64,000 bases of DNA, taken from positions 1 to 64,000 of IMG/VR virus record IMGVR_UViG_3300038443_001578. One strand, 5' to 3'. Within the stretch, counting starts at the first letter, position 1. The number at the start of each line of letters is the position of its first letter. Shown here in pieces: positions 35,609 to 45,897 of this stretch. This DNA is from a virus. The translations under genes were made by a program, and so were the position numbers. The notes beneath the pieces are model-generated. The model had not been told where the DNA came from, did not search any database, and was given only the letters and a program-made list of their open reading frames with translations.

Positions 35609-37084
35609 ATGGAATCTCAAACCCTGCAACTGGGCGACCTCGTCCCGGACGACCTCAACGCGAACGCCGGTACCGATCGCGGGCGCGAAATGCTCCGCGG
35701 CGCGCTTGAGCGGCATGGCGCCGCGCGCTCGATTGTGCTCGACAGGAACAACCGGATCATCGCCGGCAACAAGACGGCCGAACAGGCGGCGCAGGTTGGA
35801 CTGAGCGACGTCGTTGTCGTTGACAGCGATGGCACGAAGCTCATTGCAGTCCGCCGCACGGACGTTGATCTCGACACTCCGGAGGGCCGCGCCCTCGCCT
35901 TGGCCGATAACCGCACGAGCGAAGTCGGCCTGGCATGGGACACTGACGTGATCGCGCGCCTCGGCGCGGACGTCGACCTTTCGCCGCTTTGGGATCAGAA
36001 CGAAATCTCGAATCTCCTGACGAGCGCTGCGGCCACGGCACCGCCGACGGGCTCGCCCCTTACTGCATCGCTCGCTGAGCGGTTCGGTGTGCCGCCGTTT
36101 TCCATTCTCGACGCTCGTCAAGGGTACTGGGTAGAGCGGAAGCGCTCCTGGCTGAATCTGGGCATTGAAAGCGAACTCGGCCGGGAGTCGAAGTCGAAGA
36201 ACAAAGGCCTTCTGTTTTCGAACTCGGCGCAATCGCCGGCAATGTACGAGCTGAAGAATTCCGTCGAGCGCGACCTGGGCCGGAAGCTCTCCTGGGAAGA
36301 GTTCGTCGCGCTCCATCCGGAGGCGAACGCGCTGTCGGGCACCAGCATCTTTGACCCGGTCCTTTGCGAGCTTGCCTATCGCTGGTTCGCTCCTCGTGGC
36401 GGCCGCGTGCTCGATCCGTTCGCGGGCGGCTCCGTTCGCGGCGTCGTAGCCGCGATGCTCGGGCTCGACTACCAGGGCATCGAATTGCGCGAGGAACAGG
36501 TCAATGCGAACCGGGCCCAGGCGGAGGCGATCTGTCAGCCGTCGATCATGCCGGAAGGCGCGGTGATGCCGCGCTGGTATTGCGGCGATAGCCGGAACAT
36601 TGATGATATCGTAGGCACCGAGCAGTACGACCTGGTGTTTTCCTGCCCGCCATACGCCGACCTCGAAGTCTATAGCGATGACGAGCGCGACCTCTCGACA
36701 CTCGATTATGCCGAGTTCGTCGACGCCTACCGACACATCATCGCCCGCAGCGTCGCGCACCTTCGAGACAATCGATTCGCGTGCTTCGTTGTGGGCGACG
36801 TCCGCGACCGGCACGGGTTCTATCGCAACTTCGTCTCCGACACGATCGCCGCTTTTGTAGACGCCGGCATGAGCCTGTACAACGAGGCGATCCTGATCAC
36901 GCAGTTCGGCTCGTTGCCCATCCGCGTCGGGTCGCAATTCGGGAAGTTCCGAAAGCTCGGGAAGGCCCATCAAAACGTCCTCGTGTTCTACAAGGGCGAT
37001 CCGCGGGCCATATTGAGCGAATTGGGGGAAGTGGAGTTTACCGAAGAAGTGCCTGGTACGGAGGGCGCACCGGGCGCCGAGTAG
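35609..37084 (+). CDS. ParB-like N-terminal domain fused to DNA methyltransferase
   Basis: IIAGN, LALADNR; PPFSILD, SIFDPVL, LDPFAGGSVRG, FSCPPY. Confidence 0.88.
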   Translation: MESQTLQLGDLVPDDLNANAGTDRGREMLRGALERHGAARSIVLDRNNRIIAGNKTAEQAAQVGLSDVVVVDSDGTKLIAVRRTDVDLDTPEGRALALADNRTSEVGLAWDTDVIARLGADVDLSPLWDQNEISNLLTSAAATAPPTGSPLTASLAERFGVPPFSILDARQGYWVERKRSWLNLGIESELGRESKSKNKGLLFSNSAQSPAMYELKNSVERDLGRKLSWEEFVALHPEANALSGTSIFDPVLCELAYRWFAPRGGRVLDPFAGGSVRGVVAAMLGLDYQGIELREEQVNANRAQAEAICQPSIMPEGAVMPRWYCGDSRNIDDIVGTEQYDLVFSCPPYADLEVYSDDERDLSTLDYAEFVDAYRHIIARSVAHLRDNRFACFVVGDVRDRHGFYRNFVSDTIAAFVDAGMSLYNEAILITQFGSLPIRVGSQFGKFRKLGKAHQNVLVFYKGDPRAILSELGEVEFTEEVPGTEGAPGAE

Positions 37085-37250
37085 GATACTTGGCCTTCTG
37101 CCATTCGTAGGTCAGGTTCGCGACCTTCTTCGCGGCCGCGGCCATTTCGTCGTAAGTCGCCTGGCTGCCATGGTAATAGAGATACTTCTTCTTCTCCATG
37201 TCGCGCTTCGCGGCTTGCAGTTCGGCGGTAAGTTCCTCAACGGTCTTCAT
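37038..37250 (-). CDS. Small hypothetical protein with its own (leaderless) promoter
   Basis: MKTVEELTAELQAAK...; TGGACA-18-TATACT-6 nt-ATG. Confidence 0.6.
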   Translation of the reverse strand: MKTVEELTAELQAAKRDMEKKKYLYYHGSQATYDEMAAAAKKVANLTYEWQKAKYPTRRPVRPPYQALLR

Positions 37251-37316
37251 GCTGGCAGTATACGTGGAGCTTGCGGCCAATGTCCAGGGCTTCGCGGCCT
37301 GTGAAAGGCCGATTTT

Positions 37317-37931
37317 ATGGCGGGTCGTAATTCCAAGCTGACGCCTGATCGGCAGACTGCGATCTGCACCCGTTTGCGTAAGGGCGACGATATCAAGGTC
37401 GCCGCCGAGGCCTCCGGGGTCAAGTACTCGACGCATTGGTATTGGGTAGGGCTCGGCAAAAAGGACGAGAAAGCCGATGTTGCCTCCATCTACCGCGATT
37501 ACTATGTAGCGGTGACCCAAGCGCTCGCGGAATGCGAATCGGGCTACACGACCGTGCTGGCCAAAGCCGCCGCCGGCTGGGAAGAGGTCACGACGAAGTC
37601 GACGAGCAAGGTCGTGATGCGGGTGATCGAGGAGCTCGACGAGCGTGGCCGCGTCGTTCGGCGCATACGGGAGCCGGTCACGGTCGTTCTGCTCGACACG
37701 ATCAAGACCAATAAGTTCGACTGGCGACCGGCGCTCGAGGTCCTCGCCCGGCGATTCCGCGAGCGTTGGGGCGCCAACGTCAAGATCGATCCGGCAGACC
37801 TACCCGATGACCTCCTTATCAAACTCCTTGCGGAATCGACTCGAACGCGAGGCGTTCAAGAGGAACCTGAGGCTCCCGGGCCGGCCGATGGAAATGGAGT
37901 CGGAGCCGGCACCGGAGCCGACGGTAGCTGA
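37317..37931 (+). CDS. Terminase small subunit
   Basis: GRNSKLTP N-terminal HTH, DWRPALEVLARRF; precedes TerL. Confidence 0.75.
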   Translation: MAGRNSKLTPDRQTAICTRLRKGDDIKVAAEASGVKYSTHWYWVGLGKKDEKADVASIYRDYYVAVTQALAECESGYTTVLAKAAAGWEEVTTKSTSKVVMRVIEELDERGRVVRRIREPVTVVLLDTIKTNKFDWRPALEVLARRFRERWGANVKIDPADLPDDLLIKLLAESTRTRGVQEEPEAPGPADGNGVGAGTGADGS

Positions 37932-39306
37932 ACTATCGGGCTGGGAGTACACCGATGAGTGGGCCGAGAAATACCTGAGAGGCGGCGGCCTGCAACTTTG
38001 GAAGTACGAAGGCCCCGAAGTAATGCTGAGTGGCCCTTCCGAAACGGGCAAGACTGTGTCGAGCCTCCACAAGCTTAACTCCCTGATGTGGAAGTACCCG
38101 GGCGCTCAAGCGGCTATGATACGCAAGGTCGGCGCTTCGATCCCAGGTTCAGTCCTCGTCACATTCAAGCGGATCATCAATGGCTCGGCAATTAAGTCGT
38201 ATGGCGGCGAAAAACCGGAGTGGTTCGATTATCCAAACGGCAGTCGCATCTTTGTCGGCGGCCTCGACAACCGCGACAAGATCCTCAGCTCAGAGAGGGA
38301 CTTTATCTACGTTAACCAAGCGGAGGAAATCGACGCTGCTGACTGGGAGTACTTGACGACGCGCGCAACGGGTCGCGGCGCCACAGCGCCATATACTCAG
38401 GTCTTCGGAGATTGCAACCCCGGTCCTCCAACCCACTGGATAAAGAACCGCGCTTCACTACGGGTTTTCGAGAGCCGACACGAGGACAATCCCTCGCTGT
38501 TTGATGCCACAGGCCGAATTACCGCTCAGGGTCAGCGCACTCTTGCCATCCTCGAAAACCTGACGGGTGTTCGCAAGCTCCGACTGCGTTTTGGTATGTG
38601 GGTGGCCGCCGAGGGCGTCATCTACGAACTGTACGACCGGCGCGTCCATCTCAAGACACTGGCTGAGATCCCGAGTATACCGAAGGACGAAAACGGCCGG
38701 CCATACATCCCGCCGGACTGGCCTCGCTACTGGGTCGTGGACTTCGGTTATACGAATCCCTTCGTATTTCAGAATTGGGCGGTAGATCCGGATGGCCGCC
38801 TCATCCGGTATCGGGAGATCTATCGTACGAAGCGGCTCGTCGAGGATCACTGCAAAGACATCAAGGCCGCGACGGAAGGCGAGCCGTCCCCACGCGAAAT
38901 AATCTGCGACCACGATGCCGAGGACAGGGCGACACTCGAACGGCACCTCGGCATCCGCACCAAGGCCGCGCATAAATCGGTGAGCGACGGCATCCAGGCG
39001 CTGGCCAGCCGGCTGAAGGTCGCGGACGATGGGCGACCGCGGATCTACTTCGTCAGCGACGCGTTGGTGTCCGTTGATGAGGCGCTCGTTGATGCTAAGA
39101 AGCCTACCTGTACCGAGCAAGAGATCGAGTCCTACGTCTGGAAAGACGGCGTCAAGGACAGCGTCCCAGTCAAGGAAAACGACCACGGTATGGATGCGGC
39201 CCGTTACATGGTCGCGCAAATAGATCTTATCGGGCCGAAAAGCTGGGCGACAGATACAAGCGCCCTTTCTGCCCTTCGCGCCGCCGCCGGTATCAAACCC
39301 AAATGA
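37807..39306 (+). CDS. Terminase large subunit (start uncertain)
   Basis: GPSETGKT Walker A, NQAEE, DCNP, VDFGYTNP, DHGMDAARY. Confidence 0.9.
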   Translation: MTSLSNSLRNRLEREAFKRNLRLPGRPMEMESEPAPEPTVAELSGWEYTDEWAEKYLRGGGLQLWKYEGPEVMLSGPSETGKTVSSLHKLNSLMWKYPGAQAAMIRKVGASIPGSVLVTFKRIINGSAIKSYGGEKPEWFDYPNGSRIFVGGLDNRDKILSSERDFIYVNQAEEIDAADWEYLTTRATGRGATAPYTQVFGDCNPGPPTHWIKNRASLRVFESRHEDNPSLFDATGRITAQGQRTLAILENLTGVRKLRLRFGMWVAAEGVIYELYDRRVHLKTLAEIPSIPKDENGRPYIPPDWPRYWVVDFGYTNPFVFQNWAVDPDGRLIRYREIYRTKRLVEDHCKDIKAATEGEPSPREIICDHDAEDRATLERHLGIRTKAAHKSVSDGIQALASRLKVADDGRPRIYFVSDALVSVDEALVDAKKPTCTEQEIESYVWKDGVKDSVPVKENDHGMDAARYMVAQIDLIGPKSWATDTSALSALRAAAGIKPK

Positions 39307-40844
39307 GATTTCCCTGGAAAAAGTCTGAACCGGTCGACGTCGCGGCGATAGCCAGAGAAGCAGCATCGAGCGCGGCTCAGGAGGTCGCGGCCCAGTTCGA
39401 AGCGCGAATCGAACGGGCGGCTACGGCAGCGGAATCCGCGGCATCGGCGGTGCCAACGGAGGTGAACCGCGCAGTCACGACGGCACTGTCGCCGCTCATG
39501 GCGCCGCAGGCGTCGTTGTCCAAGAGCCCGTACGGCGTCTACGCGTTCGATAGACCCATCATCTTTTCGACACCCCAGCCACCGGATCGTCGGCCTGGAT
39601 CGTACGTCACGGTCGAAACCCTTCGCCGGCTCGCGGACAACTACGACGTGCTTCGCGCCTGTATCCAGCACCTCAAGCGAGAGGTGCGTTCGGTGCCGAT
39701 CCAGATCGTTCCGCGCGACAAGAAGCAGACCGCGTCCCTGCAATCGGCGATCGCCGACGCCGAGCAGTTTTTCAGCCGCGGCGGCGGACTGGGCGGGTTT
39801 GGACGCAAAAGGTCGCATTTCGAGGGTGCGATCCTTGAGGACCTGCTCGTTGTCGGCGCGTCCGCTCTGTTCTACCACCCGAAGCGCAACGGACTGCCGT
39901 TCCAGGTTGTTGATGTTGACGCGTCGACGATCCGGCCTCGAACCGACGCTTACGGCTGGCCGGGTCCGGGCGATGTTCTGTACGAGCAGTGGATATGGGG
40001 CGTGCTGATCGGCGGGTACACAGCCGATCAGATGGATTATCTCGGGCTCGCCGAGAACATGCGGAGCTACAGCCCATATCCGGCCTCGCCCGTCGAGTGG
40101 CTCGTGACTTCGATCAATGCCGCGCTGAATGTCGATCAGTGGAATTTGGCGTTCCTGACCGACGGCACGACCGCCAACGATGCCTATGCACTCCCGGAGG
40201 AATGGACGCCTGACCAGATCATGGTCTGGCAGCAGCACTGGAACGCGCTACTGAAGGGCAACACGGGCGACCGTCAGGCGACAAAGTTCGTTCCCGGTGG
40301 CACGCAGAAAGTCTCGGCCGCGTCTCGTAAGGATTACGACTTCGACGCCTATTCACTGTGGCTCCTGAGAAGGACTTGCAGCATTATGGGCGTGCAGCCG
40401 GCGTCGATTGGCTATTCCGGCGAGCAGTACAAGGTCAGCCAGACCGATAGCATGCAGTCGACCAGCGCATTCGGCGCCGGCGTCCTGCTCGGATGGCGCA
40501 AGGAGTGTTACGACGACATCCTGGAGCGGCTGGGGCACGGTGACCTCGAAGTCGTCGACGTTAACGCACGCGAGGAGAAGGCGACGGACCGCGCTACTCG
40601 CAACCAGATCCTCATTCAGGCCGGCGTTAAGCGCCCGAACGAAGCGCGGCTGGAAGAGGGGCTCGATCCCGATCCCGACGGCGACGTACTGTTGATATCG
40701 AACACGCTCATGCCGTTGTCGAAACTGGTCGCGGTCACGGAGGAGCCGGCAGTTGTGCCGGAAAGCGCGGAATCGGTCGAGGATGTCGCTGGCACGGGAA
40801 GCGCTGAAGGCGACGATGAGCCAGATGCCGGCGAAGAAGGGTAA
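39303..40844 (+). CDS. Portal protein
   Basis: Follows TerL; VLRACI, EDLLVVG, VDASTI, SPVE, PNEAR..EG. Confidence 0.88.
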   Translation: MRFPWKKSEPVDVAAIAREAASSAAQEVAAQFEARIERAATAAESAASAVPTEVNRAVTTALSPLMAPQASLSKSPYGVYAFDRPIIFSTPQPPDRRPGSYVTVETLRRLADNYDVLRACIQHLKREVRSVPIQIVPRDKKQTASLQSAIADAEQFFSRGGGLGGFGRKRSHFEGAILEDLLVVGASALFYHPKRNGLPFQVVDVDASTIRPRTDAYGWPGPGDVLYEQWIWGVLIGGYTADQMDYLGLAENMRSYSPYPASPVEWLVTSINAALNVDQWNLAFLTDGTTANDAYALPEEWTPDQIMVWQQHWNALLKGNTGDRQATKFVPGGTQKVSAASRKDYDFDAYSLWLLRRTCSIMGVQPASIGYSGEQYKVSQTDSMQSTSAFGAGVLLGWRKECYDDILERLGHGDLEVVDVNAREEKATDRATRNQILIQAGVKRPNEARLEEGLDPDPDGDVLLISNTLMPLSKLVAVTEEPAVVPESAESVEDVAGTGSAEGDDEPDAGEEG

Positions 40845-40849
40845 CCGCA

Positions 40850-41257
40850 ATGAGCACACGAACAAACCTACTCAAGTTCCCGGCCAACTCGACGATCACG
40901 GCGGGCGGCAATACCGGATCGAACTGCAACGTTACCCCGCCGGTGACGATGACGGTCGACGAGGAGTATCCGATTCCCGGACCGATCCCGGTCGGTGCGA
41001 ACGAAAGCCTGATCCTCGAATACGACATCACCGCGATCAGCGGAACGATTCAGTTCTTCGTCGACAGCCTGGGCACGGATGGCGTTTACTATCCAATCTA
41101 TACTGGCCCAGTCATATCGACCACCGGCCTGAACGAGATCAGCATCGGCCCGGCGGCTCAGTCGGCGGCCGAGATCGGCAACCAGGTTCAGCTTCGCTGG
41201 GCCGTGACGGGAGGCACGCCCTCGACCACGCTATCCCTGTCCCTCATCGGTAATTAA
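40850..41257 (+). CDS. Small beta-rich virion protein (putative)
   Basis: G/T/S-rich composition in the head module. Confidence 0.6.
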   Translation: MSTRTNLLKFPANSTITAGGNTGSNCNVTPPVTMTVDEEYPIPGPIPVGANESLILEYDITAISGTIQFFVDSLGTDGVYYPIYTGPVISTTGLNEISIGPAAQSAAEIGNQVQLRWAVTGGTPSTTLSLSLIGN

Positions 41258-41272
41258 GGAGGCCGCGTAACC

Positions 41273-41620
41273 ATGCCAATCGCAACCCTGACACTTTCCG
41301 GCACAATTACCGGCGAGCCAGATGGATCGGTCACGCTCGGCCCGACGACGGACACGGCAAACGCGGCGCTCGACTATGTGCAGCCGGTGATGCTCGGAAC
41401 GTCGTTCACGCAGATCACCGTGCCGGCCGGCGCGACACATGTCATGGTCTATCTTCCGGCCAACAACACATTCAACGTCACGCTGGCCGGCACGAACACG
41501 GACACCGGCATCGGAATCGGCGCGTCCGGTTGGTCGAAGATCCCCCTCGCGGCTGGCGCGACGCTTTACGCGAAGGCGTCCGGCGCAATGGCGGCTGCGA
41601 CGGTATTCCGGTTCTGCTAA
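41273..41620 (+). CDS. Small beta-rich virion protein (putative)
   Basis: AAGGAGG RBS; A/T/G-rich. Confidence 0.6.
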   Translation: MPIATLTLSGTITGEPDGSVTLGPTTDTANAALDYVQPVMLGTSFTQITVPAGATHVMVYLPANNTFNVTLAGTNTDTGIGIGASGWSKIPLAAGATLYAKASGAMAAATVFRFC

Positions 41621-41660
41621 GCCTACCACGCTAACCCGCCAACTGTATACGCAAACCAAG

Positions 41661-41686
41661 GCCGCCCACATGTGGGCGGCTTTTTT
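41661..41686 (+). terminator. Rho-independent terminator
   Basis: GCCGCCCACATGTGGGCGGC followed by TTTTTT. Confidence 0.8.
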
Positions 41687-41749
41687 CACGCCCGCCCGCG
41701 CCGGCGGTATCCGCCCCTTGCGGCGCGGTCAGGTGCGAAAGGACCATCC

Positions 41750-43114
41750 ATGAAAAAGAAGCTCGTTAATCGACTCGACGTATTCGCGCCTATCTCGCGC
41801 GTCTACGAAGAGAACGGCAACGTCATAGTCGAGGGCTATGCGTTCGTCAACGAAATCGTCCCCGGCGAGGGCGGTATTCGGCTCAAGCGATCGGCCATGG
41901 TCGCGGCGACGGACGATTTCCTCAAGTACGGCACCGGTGCGCTTCGCGCCATGCATCAGCCAATCGCTGCTGGGCTTGTGCCAGTTGTTCGATGGGACGA
42001 CAAGGGCGCGTTCATTCGCGCCGAGGTCGTTGATGAGAACGAGAAGCAAAAGACGCTCGCCGGCGTCTACAAGGGCTTCAGTGTAGGCGTCGCGCCAATG
42101 GTGATGCGCGGGCTCGACGTTGAAAAGTGCTGCTGGGCGGAAACCAGCCTTGTCGACCGGCCCAAAGACCCCGATTCAGTCTGCACGGTAGTTCGCGCCG
42201 ACGGCGTATCGTCCACGTCGATTGAGATCGAAGTCGACGATGAGGATGACGACACCTCGACGACCGTCAGTATCAGCCTGACCGATGCTGCCCCGCAGGA
42301 CTTCGCTACGGCTATCGGCATCGACAACGCCACCGAAGCAGTGTACGACGAGGGCTGGGACGCCTCATACACGCTCTGGGAGGTCCTCTACGACATCGCC
42401 GCGTCCGGCGTTTCGAACGCTGAGGAGCTTGCCCGGAAGTCGATCCAGCAATTCGCCGACTACATCGCACCGATGGTCGCCGGGAACACGATGCCGGCCA
42501 AGGCCGAGCGCGTCCTTCTCCCGAAGACTTGGAATGCCGACGCGGTGAAGCTCTTCCGCGCGTCGCTGGCCCAGGCAGTCGAGGCCGGCGGCGGACGGCC
42601 GTTCACTCTCGCCGGGATCGAGCGGGCCGAAACTCCCGCAGCAACTCCTGCAACGCCGTCGACTCCCGAAACTCCCGTAGCGCCGGCCGCTCCCGCAGCC
42701 GCGCAGCCGCCCGTCGACGTCATCAACCGGCTCGAAAGCACCCTGACCGACATCAACACGAAGATCGCGCGGCTGGACGAGCTCCCCGGCATCCTGACCC
42801 GGGTCGAAGGGCTCGCCTCAGCCGTCACGACCGCGAACGAACAGATGACCAGGCTCATCGAGCGTGTCGACAAGATCGAACAGCAACCCGTGAGCTTGAC
42901 GGCGCCGATCCGCTTCCCACCGCAGGCGGCAGCCGAGCGGCACTTCGTCGCGAACGAGGCGAACGTCGACCCGCACGCACTCAATCGCGCCGAGATACAG
43001 GCCGAGATCACACGCATCGAAACGGACACCCCCAAGGAGCCGGACCCTCGTAAGCGCCACGAAGCGGCCATCCGACTCAACCAACTCAAGGGGCAACTCT
43101 CGCAAGCAAACTAG
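41750..43114 (+). CDS. Prohead protease/scaffold fusion
   Basis: VEGYA, RAMHQ, YKGFSVG, ETSLVDRP; coiled-coil C-terminus. Confidence 0.85.
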   Translation: MKKKLVNRLDVFAPISRVYEENGNVIVEGYAFVNEIVPGEGGIRLKRSAMVAATDDFLKYGTGALRAMHQPIAAGLVPVVRWDDKGAFIRAEVVDENEKQKTLAGVYKGFSVGVAPMVMRGLDVEKCCWAETSLVDRPKDPDSVCTVVRADGVSSTSIEIEVDDEDDDTSTTVSISLTDAAPQDFATAIGIDNATEAVYDEGWDASYTLWEVLYDIAASGVSNAEELARKSIQQFADYIAPMVAGNTMPAKAERVLLPKTWNADAVKLFRASLAQAVEAGGGRPFTLAGIERAETPAATPATPSTPETPVAPAAPAAAQPPVDVINRLESTLTDINTKIARLDELPGILTRVEGLASAVTTANEQMTRLIERVDKIEQQPVSLTAPIRFPPQAAAERHFVANEANVDPHALNRAEIQAEITRIETDTPKEPDPRKRHEAAIRLNQLKGQLSQAN

Positions 43115-43180
43115 GCGAAGGACCAACCGGAGCCTGCCCGACAAGGGCAATCATAGGGGCACAGCCCCAGGAGAAAACAC

Positions 43181-44659
43181 ATGACTGTACTTATGGAAGG
43201 CAGCATTCCGGAGAAGGGGCTTCGCGCGGGGTTCCTGTCGCCGGCCGCGTATGCCACCTATCAGCCGGGACCGTCGATTCCGATCATCACCCGCGGCGTC
43301 GACATTGCCTCAGCGGCTCCCGAAGTGCTGATGCAGCTGGAGCGCGGTGAGTTCACCGGCGACGTGAGCCAGGTCCTTCGCCAGCTTGGCATGAACATGG
43401 CCCAGCTTAATCGGGCCGTAACGACCTCCATGACGGCGTTCCCGGTCCGCGAGAACCTAGAAGCCGAGGCGAAGATCCTCGTCCCGCTCGAGACCCCGGT
43501 CCGAAACATGCTCCCCCGCCGGCCGGGTGCGGGCCTCGCCTCGCAGTGGCGACAGCTCATCAGCCTCGGCGGCGGCTACGCGGCGGCGACCACGACGACC
43601 GGCAGCGCCACCGCGACCGGCTCGGCAGTGTCCATCCCGGTTAGCTCGTCCGCGGGCTTCAGTGTCGGCGATTTCGTCTACATCGACTCTGGCGCGAGCC
43701 AGGAATACCTGGCGATCACTGCCATCGCCGACGGTACGCACATTAGCCTGGTGATCGCCTCGAACCACAATTCGGGCGTCGCGATCGTCAAGGCGGCCGC
43801 GGAATACGGCAGCCAGTCATCCGGCCTGGTGCGCACGTTCTTCGCGGAAACCGGCGCGCCGGCGGAGCATACGAGCGCGTATGCCAACCAGTCGTTCGGC
43901 TACAAGCTCCTCGGCACATTCGGCCAGGTCACCGCGTTCGCGATGGCGGCCGGCGCGACCTTCCAGAACCAGTTGGCGGTCGAAAAGACGAACGCGCTTC
44001 GCAACCTCATGCTCAATGAGGAGAACGCCTTGCTCAACGGCGATTCGACGAGTTCGGCGGCTCCGTGGGGCGACGGCACGAACGCGCTCAGTTTCTCGGG
44101 CCTGAACACGCTCACGTCGACCGCGAACGGCACGCCAGCGGACCAGGTCCAGACCTCGGTCGGCCCGCTGACCACCGCGCACATCGACAACCAACTGCGT
44201 CGGCTCTGGAACCGCGGCGCGCAGGGCAAGTACATGATCATGAGCGGGCTCGATGCCCTGTCCCTCGTGCACCTCGCCGAGGGCAATGGCTCGATCATCC
44301 GCGTCGCGGCCTCGAACACCGGCGAGACGGTTCTTGGCGTCAAGGTCACCGGTTACGTCGACCCAATGACCGGCGAGATGGTCCCGGTGTACACGTCGCG
44401 CTTCCAGCCGACCGGAACCATCCTGTACGGCTCCGAGCGTCTGCCGGATGGAACGCCGTCGGCCGACGTCGAGGTCCTTCCGCAGGTCGCGCTGCCGGAG
44501 CTTGCGCCTAACGAGAACATCCAGGGCTACACCGTGCAGGAAATCGCGCCGTCGGTGACCTCGCCGCAGGAATACCCGTTCATCGCCTCCGTCTTCGAAG
44601 TGCTCCGCATGAAGTCCGCCCAGCACTTCGCGAAGAGCACTGGCGTGACCGCGGTGTAA
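43181..44659 (+). CDS. Major capsid protein with an inserted beta domain
   Basis: Follows protease; ENLE..K.LVP.ETPVRN, EENALLNGD, FSGL. Confidence 0.82.
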   Translation: MTVLMEGSIPEKGLRAGFLSPAAYATYQPGPSIPIITRGVDIASAAPEVLMQLERGEFTGDVSQVLRQLGMNMAQLNRAVTTSMTAFPVRENLEAEAKILVPLETPVRNMLPRRPGAGLASQWRQLISLGGGYAAATTTTGSATATGSAVSIPVSSSAGFSVGDFVYIDSGASQEYLAITAIADGTHISLVIASNHNSGVAIVKAAAEYGSQSSGLVRTFFAETGAPAEHTSAYANQSFGYKLLGTFGQVTAFAMAAGATFQNQLAVEKTNALRNLMLNEENALLNGDSTSSAAPWGDGTNALSFSGLNTLTSTANGTPADQVQTSVGPLTTAHIDNQLRRLWNRGAQGKYMIMSGLDALSLVHLAEGNGSIIRVAASNTGETVLGVKVTGYVDPMTGEMVPVYTSRFQPTGTILYGSERLPDGTPSADVEVLPQVALPELAPNENIQGYTVQEIAPSVTSPQEYPFIASVFEVLRMKSAQHFAKSTGVTAV

Positions 44660-44734
44660 TGTGACGGCCGTCTAAACCTTGTCCTCGTAATTGACCGTTT
44701 GGGGCGGTGACCGTTGCCGCCCCTGGAGATTTCT

Positions 44735-45187
44735 ATGCAAACCGTACCAGGATTGTTTCATCGGCCGGAGGGACTGACCCAGGCCGAGCGCGGGATGAAC
44801 ATTAAGGAGTTCACCGGCGACGGGTCGCCGGGACTGCGCGTCAAGGGCCTCAAGGAGGTCCACAGCGTACAGATCGGCCGCATCCAGGTCCCGATCGAGC
44901 GCGATTACAAGTTCCCGCACAATGCCGACTTCGCCCAGAAGGTGCAGATCACGCTGCCCCACGTCATGATCGTCGAAGGCCCGGACGGCGAGGCGCTGCT
45001 CATGCGGTCCGTGCACTCGAATGACGGCGTATGGCAGAAGGGCGAAAAGATCTATGTCGGCGGCGTTTGGGAAGCCGACGCCCCGGAAGCGCCCGGCGCG
45101 GAGGGTGAATCATCGCCGACCCCGCGACGCCGACGCGCCGCATCGTCGGAAGCCGACGCCACGGAATCGTCCGGCGCGGAGCAGTAG
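44735..45187 (+). CDS. Hypothetical head-associated protein
   Basis: GGAGA RBS; follows MCP. Confidence 0.6.
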   Translation: MQTVPGLFHRPEGLTQAERGMNIKEFTGDGSPGLRVKGLKEVHSVQIGRIQVPIERDYKFPHNADFAQKVQITLPHVMIVEGPDGEALLMRSVHSNDGVWQKGEKIYVGGVWEADAPEAPGAEGESSPTPRRRRAASSEADATESSGAEQ

Positions 45188-45247
45188 AGCCCGCATAACC
45201 ACGCTGTAAACCTTAGTTCGACGCTCTTTCCACGGGAGAATACAAAA

Positions 45248-45826
45248 ATGATCCGTAGAGGATTTACTGCCGCCCTGGCACTCATGAGCATCTGCGCTCT
45301 TGGCATGGCGGCGATCGCCGCGCCCAGCGCGCCGGTGCTGCCGGTTCCGCACACCTTTGATTTCAACCTCGCGATCTCGCCGGCGAAGATGCTCTTCGCC
45401 ACCCCGAAGGTCGACCAGGTCCTCAAGCCTGCTCAGGCCATCAATCCGACGACCAATTATCCGTTCGGCGCCGACAACGGCGAACAAATCTGGCAGGACA
45501 GCGGCCCGGCCACCATCAAGTACGCACCCTTGATCGCGACCACCGCCGGATCTCCCAACGCAATCGTCGCGGCTGTTTCCGGATCGAAGGTCCGCATCCT
45601 GGGGCTGTATTTGACCAATTCGGTTGCGGGCACCCTGCAGTTCGTCGATACGGCAGGGACACCTAATAACCTGACAGGTGTTATCACGTTGGCTGCCAAC
45701 GGCAACATGTTCATTCCGGCTACGAAGTTCGGCATGTTCGAGGCAGGCACAGGACTCGGTGTCAGTCTCAATGTGACCGGCACATCCAATGTTGTTGGCG
45801 GCTATGTCGTCTATGTGACGCATTAA
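45248..45826 (+). CDS. Signal-peptide-bearing beta-sandwich protein
   Basis: MIRRGFTAALALMSICALGMAAIA N-terminus. Confidence 0.7.
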   Translation: MIRRGFTAALALMSICALGMAAIAAPSAPVLPVPHTFDFNLAISPAKMLFATPKVDQVLKPAQAINPTTNYPFGADNGEQIWQDSGPATIKYAPLIATTAGSPNAIVAAVSGSKVRILGLYLTNSVAGTLQFVDTAGTPNNLTGVITLAANGNMFIPATKFGMFEAGTGLGVSLNVTGTSNVVGGYVVYVTH

Positions 45827-45897
45827 GCCCCTTCCCTCTATCCTGCTTGTTATTCAGCCCTGCGGATTAACGCGGGGCTGACTAGTTTACGAGGCGC

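Noticed and set aside
35600-36973. Long antisense ORFs (also 1623..2804, 26166..27266, 54698..55978)
   Set aside because: Shadow frames of well-supported genes in GC-rich DNA.
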